Assembly (NCBI GenBank): GCA_964016885.1
Contig: OZ024743.1
Coordinates: 25,482,001 to 25,546,000 of the forward strand
Length of the DNA: 64,000 nucleotides
Source of the DNA: Eledone cirrhosa
Taxonomy: Eukaryota
Direction of reading: 5' to 3'
Made by a program: the position numbers and the translations under genes. Each line of letters begins with the position of its first letter. Position 1 is the first letter of the stretch. A model generated the notes under the pieces. The model was not told the origin of the DNA. It was given only the letters and a program-made list of their open reading frames with translations, and made no database searches. Of this stretch, positions 40,340 through 52,048 are shown one piece after another.

Positions 40340-43300
40340 GGAGGCTTGACAGTGGGAGTTCGGCTCCTCTGTGTTCGGACCTGGTGTAGTTAAGAGATGG
40401 GGAGGGTGAGAGAGATGGAGGCTTGACAGTGAGAGTTCGGCTTCTCTGTGTTTGGACCTGCGGTACTTGAGAGATGGGGAGGGTGAGAGAGATGGAGGCT
40501 TGACAGTGGGAGTTCGGCTCCTCTCTGTTCGGACCTTGTGTAGTTAAGAGATGGGGAGGGTGAGAGAGATGGAGGCTTGACAGTGGGATTTCGGCTCCTC
40601 TGTGTTTGGACCTGGTGTAGTTAATAGATGGGTAGGGGGGGGGGTGAGAGAGATGGAGGCTTGACAGTGGGAGTTCGGCTCCTCTCTGTTCGGACCTGGT
40701 GTAGTTAAGAGATGGGGAGGGTGAGAGAAATGGAGCCTTGACAGTGGGAGTTCGGCTCCTCTGTGTTTGGACCTGCGGTACTTGAGAGATGGGGAGGGTG
40801 AGAGAGATGGAGGCTTGACAGTGGGAGTTTGGCTCCTCTCTGTTCGGACCTTGTGTAGTTAAGAGATGGGGAGGGTGAGAGAGATGGAGACTTGACAGTG
40901 GGATTTCGGCTGCTCTGTGTTCGGACCTGGTGTACTTGAGAGATGGGGAGGGTGAGAGATATGGAGGCTTGACAGTGGAAATTCGGCTGCTCTGTGTTCG
41001 GACCTGGTGTAGTTAAGAGATAGGGAGGGTGAGAGAGATGGAGGCTTGACAGTGGGTGTCCGGCTCCTCTGAGTTCGGACCTGGTGTACTTGAGAGATGG
41101 GGAGGGTGAGAGAGATGGAGGTTTGACAGTGAGAGTTCGGCTTCTCTGTGTTTGGACCTGCGGTACTTGAGAGATGGGGAGGGTGAGAGAGATGGAGGCT
41201 TGACAGTGGGAGTTTGGCTCCTCTCTGTTCGGACCTTGTGTAGTTAAGAGATGGGGAGGGTGAGAGAGATGGAGACTTGACAGTGGGATTTCGGCTGCTC
41301 TGTGTTCGGACCTGGTGTAGTTAATAGATAGGTAAGGGGGGGGGTGAGAGAGATGGAGGCTTGACAGTGGGAGTTCGGCCCCTCTCTGTTCGGACCTTGT
41401 GTAGTTAAGAGATGGGGAGGGTGAGAGGGATGGAGGCTTGACAGTGGGATTTCGGCTCCTCTGTGTTTGGACCTGGTGTAGTTAATAGATGGGTAGGGGG
41501 GGGGGGTGAGAGAGATGGAAGCTTGACAGTGGGAGTTCGGCTCCTCTCTGTTCGGACCTGGTGTAGTTAAGAGATGGGGAGGGTGAGAGAAATGGAGCCT
41601 TGACAGTGGGAGTTCGGCTCCTCTCTGTTCGGACCTTGTGTAGTTAAGAGATGGGGAGGGTGAGAGAGATGGAGGCTTGACAGTGGGATTTCGGCTCCTC
41701 TGTGTTCGGACCTGGTGTAGTTAAGAGATGGGGAGGGTGAGAGAGATGGAGGCTTGACAGTGAGAGTTCGGCTTCTCTGTGTTTGGACCTGCGGTACTTG
41801 AGAGATGGGGAGGGTGAGAGAGATGGAGGCTTGACAGTGGGAGTTCGGCTCCTCTGTGTTCGGACCTGGTGTAGTTAAGAGATGGGGAGGGTGAGAGAGA
41901 TGGAGGCTTGACAGTGAGAGTTCGGCTTCTCTGTGTTTGGACCTGCGGTACTTGAGAGATGGGGAGCGTGAGAGAGATGGAGGCTTGACAGTGGGAGTTC
42001 GGCTCCTCTCTGTTCGGACCTTGTGTAGTTAAGAGATGGGGAGGGTGAGAGAGATGGAGGCTTGACAGTGGGATTTCGGCTCCTCTGTGTTCGGACCTGG
42101 TGTAGTTAATAGATGGGTAGGCGGGGGTGAGAGGGATGGAGGCTTGACAGTGGGAGTTCGGCTCCTCTCTGTTCGGACCTGGTGTAGTTAAGAGATGGGG
42201 AGGGTGAGAGAAATGGAGCCTTGACAGTGGGAGTTCGGCTCCTCTGTGTTCGGACCTGGTGTAGTTAAGAGATAGGGAGGGTGAGAGAGATGGAGGCTTG
42301 ACAGTGGGTGTTCGGCTCCTCTGAGTTCGGACCTGGTGTACTTGAGAGATGGGGAGGGTGAGAGAGATGGAGGTTTGACAGTGAGAGTTCGGCTTCTCTG
42401 TGTTTGGACCTGCGGTACTTGAGAGATGGGGAGGGTGAGAGAGATGGAGGCTTGACAGTGGGAGTTCGGCTCCTCTGTGTTCGGACCTGGTGTAGTTAAG
42501 AGATGGGGAGGGTGAGAGAGATGGAGGTTTGACTGTGGGAGTTCGTTTCCTCTGTGTTCAAACCTGGTGTAGTTAAGAGATGGGGAGGGTGAGAGAGATG
42601 GAGACTTGACAGTGGGAATTCGGCTCCTCTGTGTTCGGACCTGGGGAGGGTGAGAGAGATGGAGGTTTGACAGTGGGAGTTCGGCTCCTCTGTGTTCGGA
42701 CCTGGTGTAGTTAAGAGATGGGGAGGGTGAGAGAGATGGAGGTTTGACAGTGGGAGTTCGGCTCCTCTGTGTTCGGACCTGGTGTAGTTAAGAGATGGGG
42801 AGGGTGAGAGAGATGGAGGTTTGACAGTGGGAGTTCTGCTCCTCTGTGTTCGGACCTGGTGTAGTTAAGAGATGGGGAGGGTGAGAGAGATGGAGGTTTG
42901 ACAGTGGCAGTTCGGCTCCTCTGTGTTCGGACCTGGTGTAGTTAAGAGATGGGGAGGGTGAGAGAGATGGAGGTTTGACAGTGGGAGTTCGGCTCCTCTG
43001 TGTTCGGACCTGGTGTAGTTAAGAGATGGGGAGGGTGAGAGAGATGGAGGTTTGACAGTGGGAGTTCGGCTCCTCTGTGTTCGGACCTGGTGTACTTGAG
43101 AGATAGGGAAGGCGAGAGAGATGGTGGCTTGACAGTGGGAGTTCGGCTCCTCTGTGTTTGGACCTGGTGTAGTTAAGAGATGGTGAGGGTGAGAGAGATG
43201 GAGGCTTGACAGTGGGAGTTAGGCTCCTCTGTGTTGGGACCTGGTGTACTTGAGAGATAGGGAAGGCGAGAGAGATGGTGGCTTGACAGTGGGAGTTCGG

Positions 43301-46300
43301 CTCCTCTGTGTTTGGACCTGGTGTAGTTAAGAGATGGGGAGGCTGAGAGAGATGGAGGCTTGACAGTGGGAGTTCGGCTCCTCTGTGTTCGGACCTGGTG
43401 TACTTGAGAGATAGGGAAGGCGAGAGAGATGGTGGCTTGACAGTGGGAGTTCGGCTCCTCTGTTTCTGGACCTGGTGTAGTTAAGAGATGGTGAGGGTGA
43501 GAGAGATGGAGGCTTGACAGTGGGAGTTAGGCTCCTCTGTGTTGGGACCTGGTGTACTTGAGAGATAGGGAAGGCGAGAGAGATGGTGGCTTGACAGTGG
43601 GAGTGCGGCTCCTCTGTGTTCGGACCTGGTGTAGTTAAGAGATGGGGAGGGTGAGAGAGATTGGGGCTTGACAGTGGGAGTTCGGTTCCTCTGTGTTGGG
43701 ACCTGGTGTACTTGAGAGATGGGAACGGCGAGAGAAATGGAGGCTTGACAGTGGGAGTGCGGCTCCTCTGTGTTCGGACCTGGCGTAGTTAAGAGATGGG
43801 GAGGGTGAGAGAGATTGGGGCTTGACAGTGGGAGTTTGGCTCCTCTGTGTTCGGACCTGGTGTACTTGAGAGATGGGGAGGGTGAGAGAGATTGGGGCTT
43901 GACAGTGGGAGTTTGGCTCCTCTGTGTTCGGACCTGGTGTACTTGAGAGATGGGGAGGGTGAGACAGATTGGGGCTTGACAGTGGGAGTTTGGCTCCTCT
44001 GTGTTCGGACCTGGTGTACTTGAGAGATGGGGAGGGTGAGAGAGATGGAGACTTGACAGTGAGAGTTCTGGTTCCTCTGTGTTCGGAAATGGTGTACTTG
44101 AGAGATGGGGAGGGTGAGAGAGATGGAGGCTTGACAGTGGAAATTCGGCTGCTCTGTGTTCGGACCTGGTGTACTTGAGAGATGGGGAGGGTGAGAGAGA
44201 TGGAGGCTTGACAGTGGGAGTTCGGCTCCTCTGTGTTCGGACCTGGTGTAGTTAAGAGATGGAGAGGGTGAGAGAGATGGAGGCTTGACAGTGAGAGTTC
44301 GGCTTCTCTGTGTTTGGACCTGCGGTACTTGAGAGATGGGGAGGGTGAGAGAGATGGAGGCTTGACAGTGGGAGTTCGGCTCCTCTCTGTTCGGACCTTG
44401 TGTAGTTAAGAGATGGGGAGGGTGAGAGAGATGGAGGCTTGACAGTGGGATTTCGGCTCCTCTGTGTTCGGACCTGGTGTAGTTAATAGATGGGTAGGGG
44501 GGGGGGATGAGAGAGATGGAGGCTTGACAGTGGGAGTTCGGCTCCTCTCTGTTCGGACCTGGTGTAGTTAAGAGATGGGGAGGGTGAGAGAAATGGAGCC
44601 TTGACAGTGGGAGTTCGGCTCCTCTGTGTTCGGACCTGGTGTAGTTAAGAGATAGGGAGGGTGAGAGAGATGGAGGCTTGACAGTGGGTGTTCGGCTCCT
44701 CTGAGTTCGGACCTGGTGTACTTGAGAGATGGGGTGGGTGAGAGATATGTAGGCTTCACAGTGGGAGTGCGGCTCCTCTGTGTTCGGACCTGGTGTACTT
44801 GAGAGATGGGGAGGGTGAGAGATATGTAGGCTTCACAGTGGGAGTGCGGCTCCTCTGTGTTCGGACCTGGTGTACTTGAGAGATGGGGAGGGTGAGAGAG
44901 ATGGAGGCTTGACAGTGGGAGTTCGGCTCCTCTGAGTTCGGACCTGGTGTACTTGAGAGATGGGTACTGTGAGAGAGATGGAGGCTTGACAGTGGGAGTT
45001 CGGCTCCTCTGTGTTCGGACCTGGTGTAGTTAAGAGATGGGGAGGGTGAGAGAGATGGAGGCTTGACAGTGAGAGTTCGGCTTCTCTGTGTTTGGACCTG
45101 CGGTACTTGAGAGATGGGGAGGGTGAGAGAGATGGAGGCTTGACAGTGGGAGTTCGGCTCCTCTCTGTTCGGACCTTGTGTAGTTAAGAGATGGGGAGGG
45201 TGAGAGAGATGGAGGCTTGACAGTGGGATTTCGGCTCCTCTGTGTTTGGACCTGGTGTAGTTAATAGATGGGTAGGGGGGGGGGGTGAGAGAGATGGAGG
45301 CTTGACAGTGGGAGTTCGGCTCCTCTCTGTTCGGACCTGGTGTAGTTAAGAGATGGGGAGGGTGAGAGAAATGGAGCCTTGACAGTGGGAGTTCGGCTCC
45401 TCTGTGTTTGGACCTGCGGTACTTGAGAGATGGGGAGGGTGAGAGAGATGGAGGCTTGACAGTGGGAGTTTGGCTCCTCTCTGTTCGGACCTTGTGTAGT
45501 TAAGAGATGGGGAGGGTGAGAGAGATGGAGACTTGACAGTGGGATTTCGGCTGCTCTGTGTTCGGACCTGGTGTACTTGAGAGATGGGGAGGGTGAGAGA
45601 TATGGAGGCTTGACAGTGGAAATTCGGCTGCTCTGTGTTCGGACCTGGTGTAGTTAAGAGATAGGGAGGGTGAGAGAGATGGAGGCTTGACAGTGGGTGT
45701 CCGGCTCCTCTGAGTTCGGACCTGGTGTACTTGAGAGATGGGGAGGGTGAGAGAGATGGAGGTTTGACAGTGAGAGTTCGGCTTCTCTGTGTTTGGACCT
45801 GCGGTACTTGAGAGATGGGGAGGGTGAGAGAGATGGAGGCTTGACAGTGGGAGTTTGGCTCCTCTCTGTTCGGACCTTGTGTAGTTAAGAGATGGGGAGG
45901 GTGAGAGAGATGGAGACTTGACAGTGGGATTTCGGCTGCTCTGTGTTCGGACCTGGTGTAGTTAATAGATGGGTAAGGGGGGGGGGTGAGAGAGATGGAG
46001 GCTTGACAGTGGGAGTTCGGCCCCTCTCTGTTCGGACCTTGTGTAGTTAAGAGATGGGGAGGGTGAGAGGGATGGAGGCTTGACAGTGGGATTTCGGCTC
46101 CTCTGTGTTTGGACCTGGTGTAGTTAATAGATGGGTAGGTGGGGGGGGTGAGAGAGATGGAAGCTTGACAGTGGGAGTTCGGCTCCTCTCTGTTCGGACC
46201 TGGTGTAGTTAAGAGATGGGGAGGGTGAGAGAAATGGAGCCTTGACAGTGGGAGTTCGGCTCCTCTCTGTTCGGACCTTGTGTAGTTAAGAGATGGGGAG

Positions 46301-49300
46301 GGTGAGAGAGATGGAGGCTTGACAGTGGGATTTCGGCTCCTCTGTGTTCGGACCTGGTGTAGTTAAGAGATGGGGAGGGTGAGAGAGATGGAGGCTTGAC
46401 AGTGAGAGTTCGGCTTCTCTGTGTTTGGACCTGCGGTACTTGAGAGATGGGGAGGGTGAGAGAGATGGAGGCTTGACAGTGGGAGTTCGGCTCCTCTGTG
46501 TTCGGACCTGGTGTAGTTAAGAGATGGGGAGGGTGAGAGAGATGGAGGCTTGACAGTGAGAGTTCGGCTTCTCTGTGTTTGGACCTGCGGTACTTGAGAG
46601 ATGGGGAGGGTGAGAGAGATGGAGGCTTGACAGTGGGAGTTCGGCTCCTCTCTGTTCGGACCTTGTGTAGTTAAGAGATGGGGAGGGTGAGAGAGATGGA
46701 GGCTTGACAGTGGGATTTCGGCTCCTCTGTGTTCGGACCTGGTGTAGTTAATAGATGGGTAGGCGGGGGTGAGAGGGATGGAGGCTTGACAGTGGGAGTT
46801 CGGCTCCTCTCTGTTCGGACCTGGTGTAGTTAAGAGATGGGGAGGGTGAGAGAAATGGAGCCTTGACAGTGGGAGTTCGGCTCCTCTGTGTTCGGACCTG
46901 GTGTAGTTAAGAGATAGGGAGGGTGAGAGAGATGGAGGCTTGACAGTGGGTGTTCGGCTCCTCTGAGTTCGGACCTGGTGTACTTGAGAGATGGGGAGGG
47001 TGAGAGAGATGGAGGTTTGACAGTGAGAGTTCGGCTTCTCTGTGTTTGGACCTGCGGTACTTGAGAGATGGGGAGGGTGAGAGAGATGGAGGCTTGACAG
47101 TGGGAGTTCGGCTCCTCTGTGTTCGGACCTGGTGTAGTTAAGAGATGGGGAGGGTGAGAGAGATGGAGGTTTGACTGTGGGAGTTCGTTTCCTCTGTGTT
47201 CAAACCTGGTGTAGTTAAGAGATGGGGAGGGTGAGAGAGATGGAGACTTGACAGTGGGAATTCGGCTCCTCTGTGTTCGGACCTGGGGAGGGTGAGAGAG
47301 ATGGAGGTTTGACAGTGGGAGTTCGGCTCCTCTGTGTTCGGACCTGGTGTAGTTAAGAGATGGGGAGGGTGAGAGAGATGGAGGTTTGACAGTGGGAGTT
47401 CGGCTCCTCTGTGTTCGGACCTGGTGTAGTTAAGAGATGGGGAGGGTGAGAGAGATGGAGGTTTGACAGTGGGAGTTCGGCTCCTCTGTGTTCGGACCTG
47501 GTGTAGTTAAGAGATGGGGAGGGTGAGAGAGATGGAGGTTTGACAGTGGGAGTTCGGCTCCTCTGTGTTCGGACCTGGTGTAGTTAAGAGATGGGGAGGG
47601 TGAGAGAGATGGAGGTTTGACAGTGGGAGTTCGGCTCCTCTGTGTTCGGACCTGGTGTAGTTAAGAGATGGGGAGGGTGAGAGAGATGGAGGTTTTACAG
47701 TGGGAGTTCGGCTCCTCTGTGTTCGGACCTGGTGTACTTGAGAGATAGGGAAGGCGAGAGAGATGGTGGCTTGACAGTGGGAGTTCGGCTCCTCTGTGTT
47801 TGGACCTGGTGTAGTTAAGAGATGGTGAGGGTGAGAGAGATGGAGGCTTGACAGTGGGAGTTAGGCTCCTCTGTGTTGGGACCTGGTGTACTTGAGAGAT
47901 AGGGAAGGCGAGAGAGATGGTGGCTTGACAGTGGGAGTTCGGCTCCTCTGTGTTTGGACCTGGTGTAGTTAAGAGATGGGGAGGGTGAGAGAGATGGAGG
48001 CTTGACAGTGGGAGTTCGGCTCCTCTGTGTTCGGACCTGGTGTACTTGAGAGATAGGGAAGGCGAGAGAGATGGTGGCTTGACAGTGGGAGTTCGGCTCC
48101 TCTGTTTCTGGACCTGGTGTAGTTAAGAGATGGTGAGGGTGAGAGAGATGGAGGCTTGACAGTGGGAGTTAGGCTCCTCTGTGTTGGGACCTGGTGTACT
48201 TGAGAGATAGGGAAGGCGAGAGAGATGGTGGCTTGACAGTGGGAGTGCGGCTCCTCTGTGTTCGGACCTGGTGTAGTTAAGAGATGGGGAGGGTGAGAGA
48301 GATTGGGGCTTGACAGTGGGAGTTCGGTTCCTCTGTGTTGGGACCTGGTGTACTTGAGAGATGGGAACGGCGAGAGAAATGGAGGCTTGACAGTGGGAGT
48401 GCGGCTCCTCTGTGTTCGGACCTGGCGTAGTTAAGAGATGGGGAGGGTGAGAGAGATTGGGGCTTGACAGTGGGAGTTTGGCTCCTCTGTGTTCGGACCT
48501 GGTGTACTTGAGAGATGGGGAGGGTGAGAGAGATTGGGGCTTGACAGTGGGAGTTTGGCTCCTCTGTGTTCGGACCTGGTGTACTTGAGAGATGGGGAGG
48601 GTGAGACAGATTGGGGCTTGACAGTGGGAGTTTGGCTCCTCTGTGTTCGGACCTGGTGTACTTGAGAGATGGGGAGGGTGAGAGAGATGGAGACTTGACA
48701 GTGAGAGTTCTGGTTCCTCTGTGTTCGGAAATGGTGTACTTGAGAGATGGGGAGGGTGAGAGAGATGGAGGCTTGACAGTGGAAATTCGGCTGCTCTGTG
48801 TTCGGACCTGGTGTACTTGAGAGATGGGGAGGGTGAGAGAGATGGAGGCTTGACAGTGGGAGTTCGGCTCCTCTGTGTTCGGACCTGGTGTAGTTAAGAG
48901 ATGGAGAGGGTGAGAGAGATGGAGGCTTGACAGTGAGAGTTCGGCTTCTCTGTGTTTGGACCTGCGGTACTTGAGAGATGGGGAGGGTGAGAGAGATGGA
49001 GGCTTGACAGTGGGAGTTCGGCTCCTCTCTGTTCGGACCTTGTGTAGTTAAGAGATGGGGAGGGTGAGAGAGATGGAGGCTTGACAGTGGGATTTCGGCT
49101 CCTCTGTGTTCGGACCTGGTGTAGTTAATAGATGGGTAGGGGGGGGGATGAGAGAGATGGAGGCTTGACAGTGGGAGTTCGGCTCCTCTCTGTTCGGACC
49201 TGGTGTAGTTAAGAGATGGGGAGGGTGAGAGAAATGGAGCCTTGACAGTGGGAGTTCGGCTCCTCTGTGTTCGGACCTGGTGTAGTTAAGAGATAGGGAG

Positions 49301-49660
49301 GGTGAGAGAGATGGAGGCTTGACAGTGGGTGTTCGGCTCCTCTGAGTTCGGACCTGGTGTACTTGAGAGATGGGGTGGGTGAGAGATATGTAGGCTTCAC
49401 AGTGGGAGTGCGGCTCCTCTGTGTTCGGACCTGGTGTACTTGAGAGATGGGGAGGGTGAGAGATATGTAGGCTTCACAGTGGGAGTGCGGCTCCTCTGTG
49501 TTCGGACCTGGTGTACTTGAGAGATGGGGAGGGTGAGAGAGATGGAGGCTTGACAGTGGGAGTTCGGCTCCTCTGAGTTCGGACCTGGTGTACTTGAGAG
49601 ATGGGGACTGTGAGAGAGATGGAGGCTTGACAGTGGGAGTTCGGCTCCTCTGTGTTCGGA
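40340..49660. repeat. ~4.64-kb (60-monomer) tandem duplication
   Basis: ORFs 43969/48611 and 44568/49209 are offset by 4641-4642. The same 16-bp-deleted monomer (CCTGGGGAGGGTG) occurs at ~42640 and ~47282. Shared GGGTGTCCGG and GGAACGGCG variants. Confidence 0.92.
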
Positions 49661-50338
49661 CCTGGCAGAATTAAGAGATGGAGAGCGTGAGAGAGATGGA
49701 GGCTTGACAGTGGAAATTCGGCTGCTCTGTGTTCGGACCTGGTGTAGTTGAGTGATGGGGAGCGTGAGAGAGATAGAGGCATGAGAGTGGGAGTTCGGCT
49801 CCTCTGTGTTCGGACCTGGTGTAGTTAAGAGATGGGGAGGGTGAGAGAGATTGGGACTTGACTGTGGGTGTTCGGCTCCTCTGTGTTCGGACCTGGTGTA
49901 CTTGAGAAATGGGGAGGGTGAAAGAGATGGATGCTTGACAGTGGGAGTTCGGCTCCTCTGTGTTCGGACCTGGTGTAGTTAAGAGATGGGGAGGGTGAGA
50001 GAGATGGAGGCTTGACAGTTGGCGTTCGGCTCCTCTGTGTGATAACCTGGTGTACTTGAGAGATGGGGAGGTTGAGAGAGATTGAGGCTTGACAGTAGGA
50101 GTTCGGCTCCTCTGTGTTCGGACCTGGTGTCAAACAAATTGTAAAAAGCTTTATAATATGCGTAGTTAAAAAAAAACTACTACATAAATAACATTTTTAT
50201 GATAGCGTATATTTATAATCTATAGATTAAGCAGCTGGTAAGGTGCAGAATAGAGCTCGCAAATGTTTTACAGAAAAGGTATTGAAGATTTGATTATATA
50301 ATCATCATTGTATTCCCTTATAGAAGTTATTACAAGAA

Positions 50339-50520
50339 CGCACACATACACACATACATACACACACATACATACACACCCATACACACATACATACACA
50401 CATACATACGCACACATGCATACACACACATACACACACACACATACATACATACGGACACACACACACACACACACGCACACACATATATATATTATAT
50501 ATATATATATAAATATAAAT
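50339..50520. repeat. Compound (CA)n/(CATA)n/(TA)n microsatellite
   Basis: Read directly from the sequence. Confidence 0.95.
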
Positions 50521-50802
50521 ATACTTATATAATGACTGATTGAATACACAGGTGCTTTTTTTTCCAAAATTCTGTTCTGTTCCTTCTTCTCATCTTTTGT
50601 CTCTCATTCTGATGAAGGACTAGTATCTGGAATGTAAAGACTTTACGATCCCACTCAAACCTCAGTGATGATAAATCCAAACCATATAATTGCACGGACC
50701 AAAACAACTGTCCTCTAAACACCAAATGCCGGCAATGGATCCTGATTTACAAAATTGTAATGTTCCCTCTGTTTTAGATATTCATTACTTAGTTAACAAT
50801 AA

Positions 50803-50826
50803 TATACACACACACATATATATATA

Positions 50827-50884
<58 letters not shown>

Positions 50885-50968
50885 CATATATATATATATA
50901 TAAGCAAAATATATATATATATATATATATAAGCAAAATATATATATATATATATATATATAAGCAAA
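50803..50968. repeat. (TA)n microsatellite with three (TA)n-TAAGCAAAA units
   Basis: Read directly from the sequence. Confidence 0.9.
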
Positions 50969-50972
50969 AGGG

Positions 50973-51044
50973 ATATTTAATTTTAACTGATGAGGGCGTA
51001 CCAAAGGTTTGGTACCCTTGAAATATATATAATAGATTAAATAT
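50973..51044 (+). ncRNA. Degenerate minimal type I hammerhead ribozyme-like fold
   Basis: CTGATGA at 50987-50993, stem II GTACCAAA/TTTGGTAC, GAAA at 51020-51023 followed by TATATATA. Distal stem I ATATTTAAT(50973-81)/ATTAAATAT(51036-44), but proximal stem I pairing is broken. Confidence 0.4.
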
Positions 51045-51342
51045 GGTTTTATAAATATAGTTTCCATTTATTAATATCATTGATATATATATATATATGT
51101 TTAAATATAGCTTATATTATCATTCATATATATATATATATGTGTGTGTGTGTGTAGATAAATCTACCAAAATATACGGTCGTGTCCAACCCGTATGAAG
51201 AACTCAATGTAATCCAAATATCATGAAAAGAGAAGATGCATTCAAAAATTTTCGATAAAAATCATAAGAAAACAGATTCAAGATAAATTAATAAAAACAA
51301 TGAAATAAAAACAATGAACAAGTTCCTTATATTGAAAAATTC

Positions 51343-51474
51343 ATCATTTTACGATCGTTTCTGGGATGTATATGTGTGTTGGTATGTATATCATATAGAT
51401 CTATGTAAAAATATTACAAATTATCAGAGGAAATATACATACATTCACATATACATGCCGTCCTCAGAAATGAT
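51343..51474 (-). ncRNA. Minimal type I hammerhead ribozyme (Penelope-type)
   Basis: Minus strand reads ATCATTT-CTGAGGA-CGGC-ATGTATATGTG...CACATATACAT-CCCA-GAAAC-GATC-GTA-AAATGAT. This gives a 7-bp perfect stem I, an intact CUGANGA/GAAA core, an 11-bp perfect helix in stem II, a 2-bp stem III with palindromic GAUC loop, and a GUA cleavage triplet. Confidence 0.82.
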
Positions 51475-52048
51475 ATATATATATATATATATATATATAC
51501 GGAAAAAATGAAACGAAATTTCATTTCCCACTCTTAGTACGGCTGTTACTTAAATATAAGTATGTACACGTACATACATATATGTATACAGACGTACAGT
51601 AGTATGTATATATATATACATACATGCACCCATATATATATGTACGTATGGATTTACCGAATATTTATTATAATGCTCGGTGTGTTTGTAAACAAACATC
51701 CCGTATTAAGCCGTAGTGTCTAGCAACCATCGTTGCTCGTTTGTTCAACACTGACAACGCGTTCCTTTGTCCAAAATGCCAGACTATGGGACTGAACCCG
51801 ATAGTATGTTTTCGAATGAACTGCTTAATCACATCGCTATACATGTAAATAAAGGTCAAAAGAATGAAACACAATCAGTGATACTTCATTTCCTAGTTTG
51901 TTTCCTAGTTAAAAGATATTAAATTCAGACACTTGTTTTGCCAATCTGCATTGTCAATTACATCGGCTCATCCAGTAATTCTCCGGTATTTAGATTCTCG
52001 ACCCCTGGATGATGGGTGGCAATGTACACATGGATATATATATATATA

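Larger units (their letters stand above)
1..50130. repeat. Tandem satellite array, 77-bp monomer (~650 copies), open at the left window edge
   Basis: Consensus TCGGACCTGGTGTA(C/G)TT(G/A)AGAGATGGGGAGGGTGAGAGAGATGGAGGCTTGACAGTGGGAGTTCGGCTCCTCTGTGT recurs at 1, 78, etc. The minus-strand ORF peptides repeat every 77 aa (= 3 monomers). Consensus is ~56% GC with 33 G versus 10 C. The array ends abruptly at ...GACCTGGTGT (50130). Confidence 0.99.

Noticed and set aside
1-50130. CRISPR-like or variable-cassette array
   Set aside because: There are no unique spacers; the whole monomer is repeated with scattered substitutions. The context is eukaryotic and there are no cas genes.
370-50133. Long Ser/Pro/His-rich ORFs (up to 404 aa) resembling a mucin-like repeat protein
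   Set aside because: 77 is not a multiple of 3, so each ORF cycles through all frames. The C-rich strand is stop-poor, and ORFs end wherever a TTAA-type monomer falls in frame.
50601-50715. CTGATGAAGGA...TCCAAAAC / CAAAACAACTGTC possible hammerhead
   Set aside because: The GAAA core is absent and there is no convincing stem I; at most a decayed remnant.
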